Below are positions 63,426 to 64,000 of a stretch of DNA of 64,000 nucleotides, piece after piece. The position numbers and the translations under genes are program-made. Position 1 is the first letter of the stretch. Every line of letters starts with the position of its first letter. This stretch comes from Dendrobates tinctorius (lineage: Eukaryota), in NCBI RefSeq assembly GCF_039654945.1, contig NW_027361804.1, forward strand, positions 3,720,001 to 3,784,000. The letters are read 5' to 3'. Below the pieces are notes generated by a model. The model worked only from the letters and a program-made list of their open reading frames with translations. It made no database searches and had not been told where the DNA came from.

Positions 63426-64000
63426 CAGTTGTGCCCAAAAGTATTGACACCCCTGCAATTCTGTCAGATAATACTCAGTTTCTTCCTGAAAATGATTGCA
63501 ATCACAAATTATTTGGTATTATTATCTTCATTTAATTTGTCTTAAGTGAAAAAACACAAAAAGAATTGTCCTAAAGCCAAATTGGATATAATTCCACACC
63601 AAACATAAAGAGGGTGGACAAAAGTATTGGCACTGTTCGAAAAATCATGTGATCCTTCTCTAATTTGTGTAATTAACAGCACCTGTAACTTACCTGTGGC
63701 ACCTAACAGGTGTTGGTAATAACTAAATCACACTTGCAGCCAGGTGACATGGATTAAAGTTGACTCAACCTCTGTCCTGTGTCCTTGTGTGCACCACATT
63801 GAGCATGGAGAAAAGAAAGAAGACCAAAGAACTGTCTGAGGACTTGAGAAACCAAATTGTGAGGAAGCATGAGCAATCTCAAGGCTACAAGTCCATCTCC
63901 AAAGACCTGAATGTTCCTGTGTCTACCGTGCGCAGTGCCATCAAGAAGTGTAAAGCCCATGGCACTGTGGCTAACCTCCCTAGATGTGGACGGAAAAGAA
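63426..64000 (+). mobile_element. Tc1-like transposon: left end and transposase N-terminus, running off the window
   Basis: TA|CAGTTGTGCCCAAAAGTATTG TIR; ATG at 63805 gives MEKRKKTKELSEDLRNQIVRKHEQSQGYKSISKDLNVPVSTVRSAIKKCKAHGTVANLPRCGRKR, open to the window end. Confidence 0.9.

Overview
This is vertebrate genomic DNA, most likely a frog (anuran), judging from the repeat families. It covers the conserved DUSP16-CREBL2-GPR19 block. DUSP16 is on the minus strand: first coding exon 1008-1238, and a likely non-coding first exon and CRE-rich CpG promoter near 10.2-10.45 kb. CREBL2 is complete on the plus strand: coding exons 17890-17904, 29277-29474 and 29870-30010, 117 aa. GPR19 has a single coding exon on the minus strand, 60870-62117, 415 aa. 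Nearly half the window is tandem minisatellite (28-58 bp units), including an 11-kb CpG-rich array filling CREBL2 intron 1. Much of the rest is nested mobile DNA: four Tc1/mariner copies (one DD38E), four solo LTRs with target-site duplications (TSDs), CR1 and L2 LINEs, and PIF/Harbinger-, T2- and piggyBac-like non-autonomous elements. The most interesting pattern is a set of short non-coding insertions with retrotransposition-like architecture. One is a 337-bp element with a 14-bp TSD, a 5' inversion and a minimal type I hammerhead ribozyme (50761-50803). A second carries a variant-core hammerhead near an inverted repeat (46342-46378). The third is a 1.85-kb inverted concatemer of a hairpin-rich 425-bp unit with a 16-bp TSD-like duplication between the two promoters, which suggests copying of a circular template. 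Most long ORFs in the track are repeat artefacts. All coordinates were read by eye.
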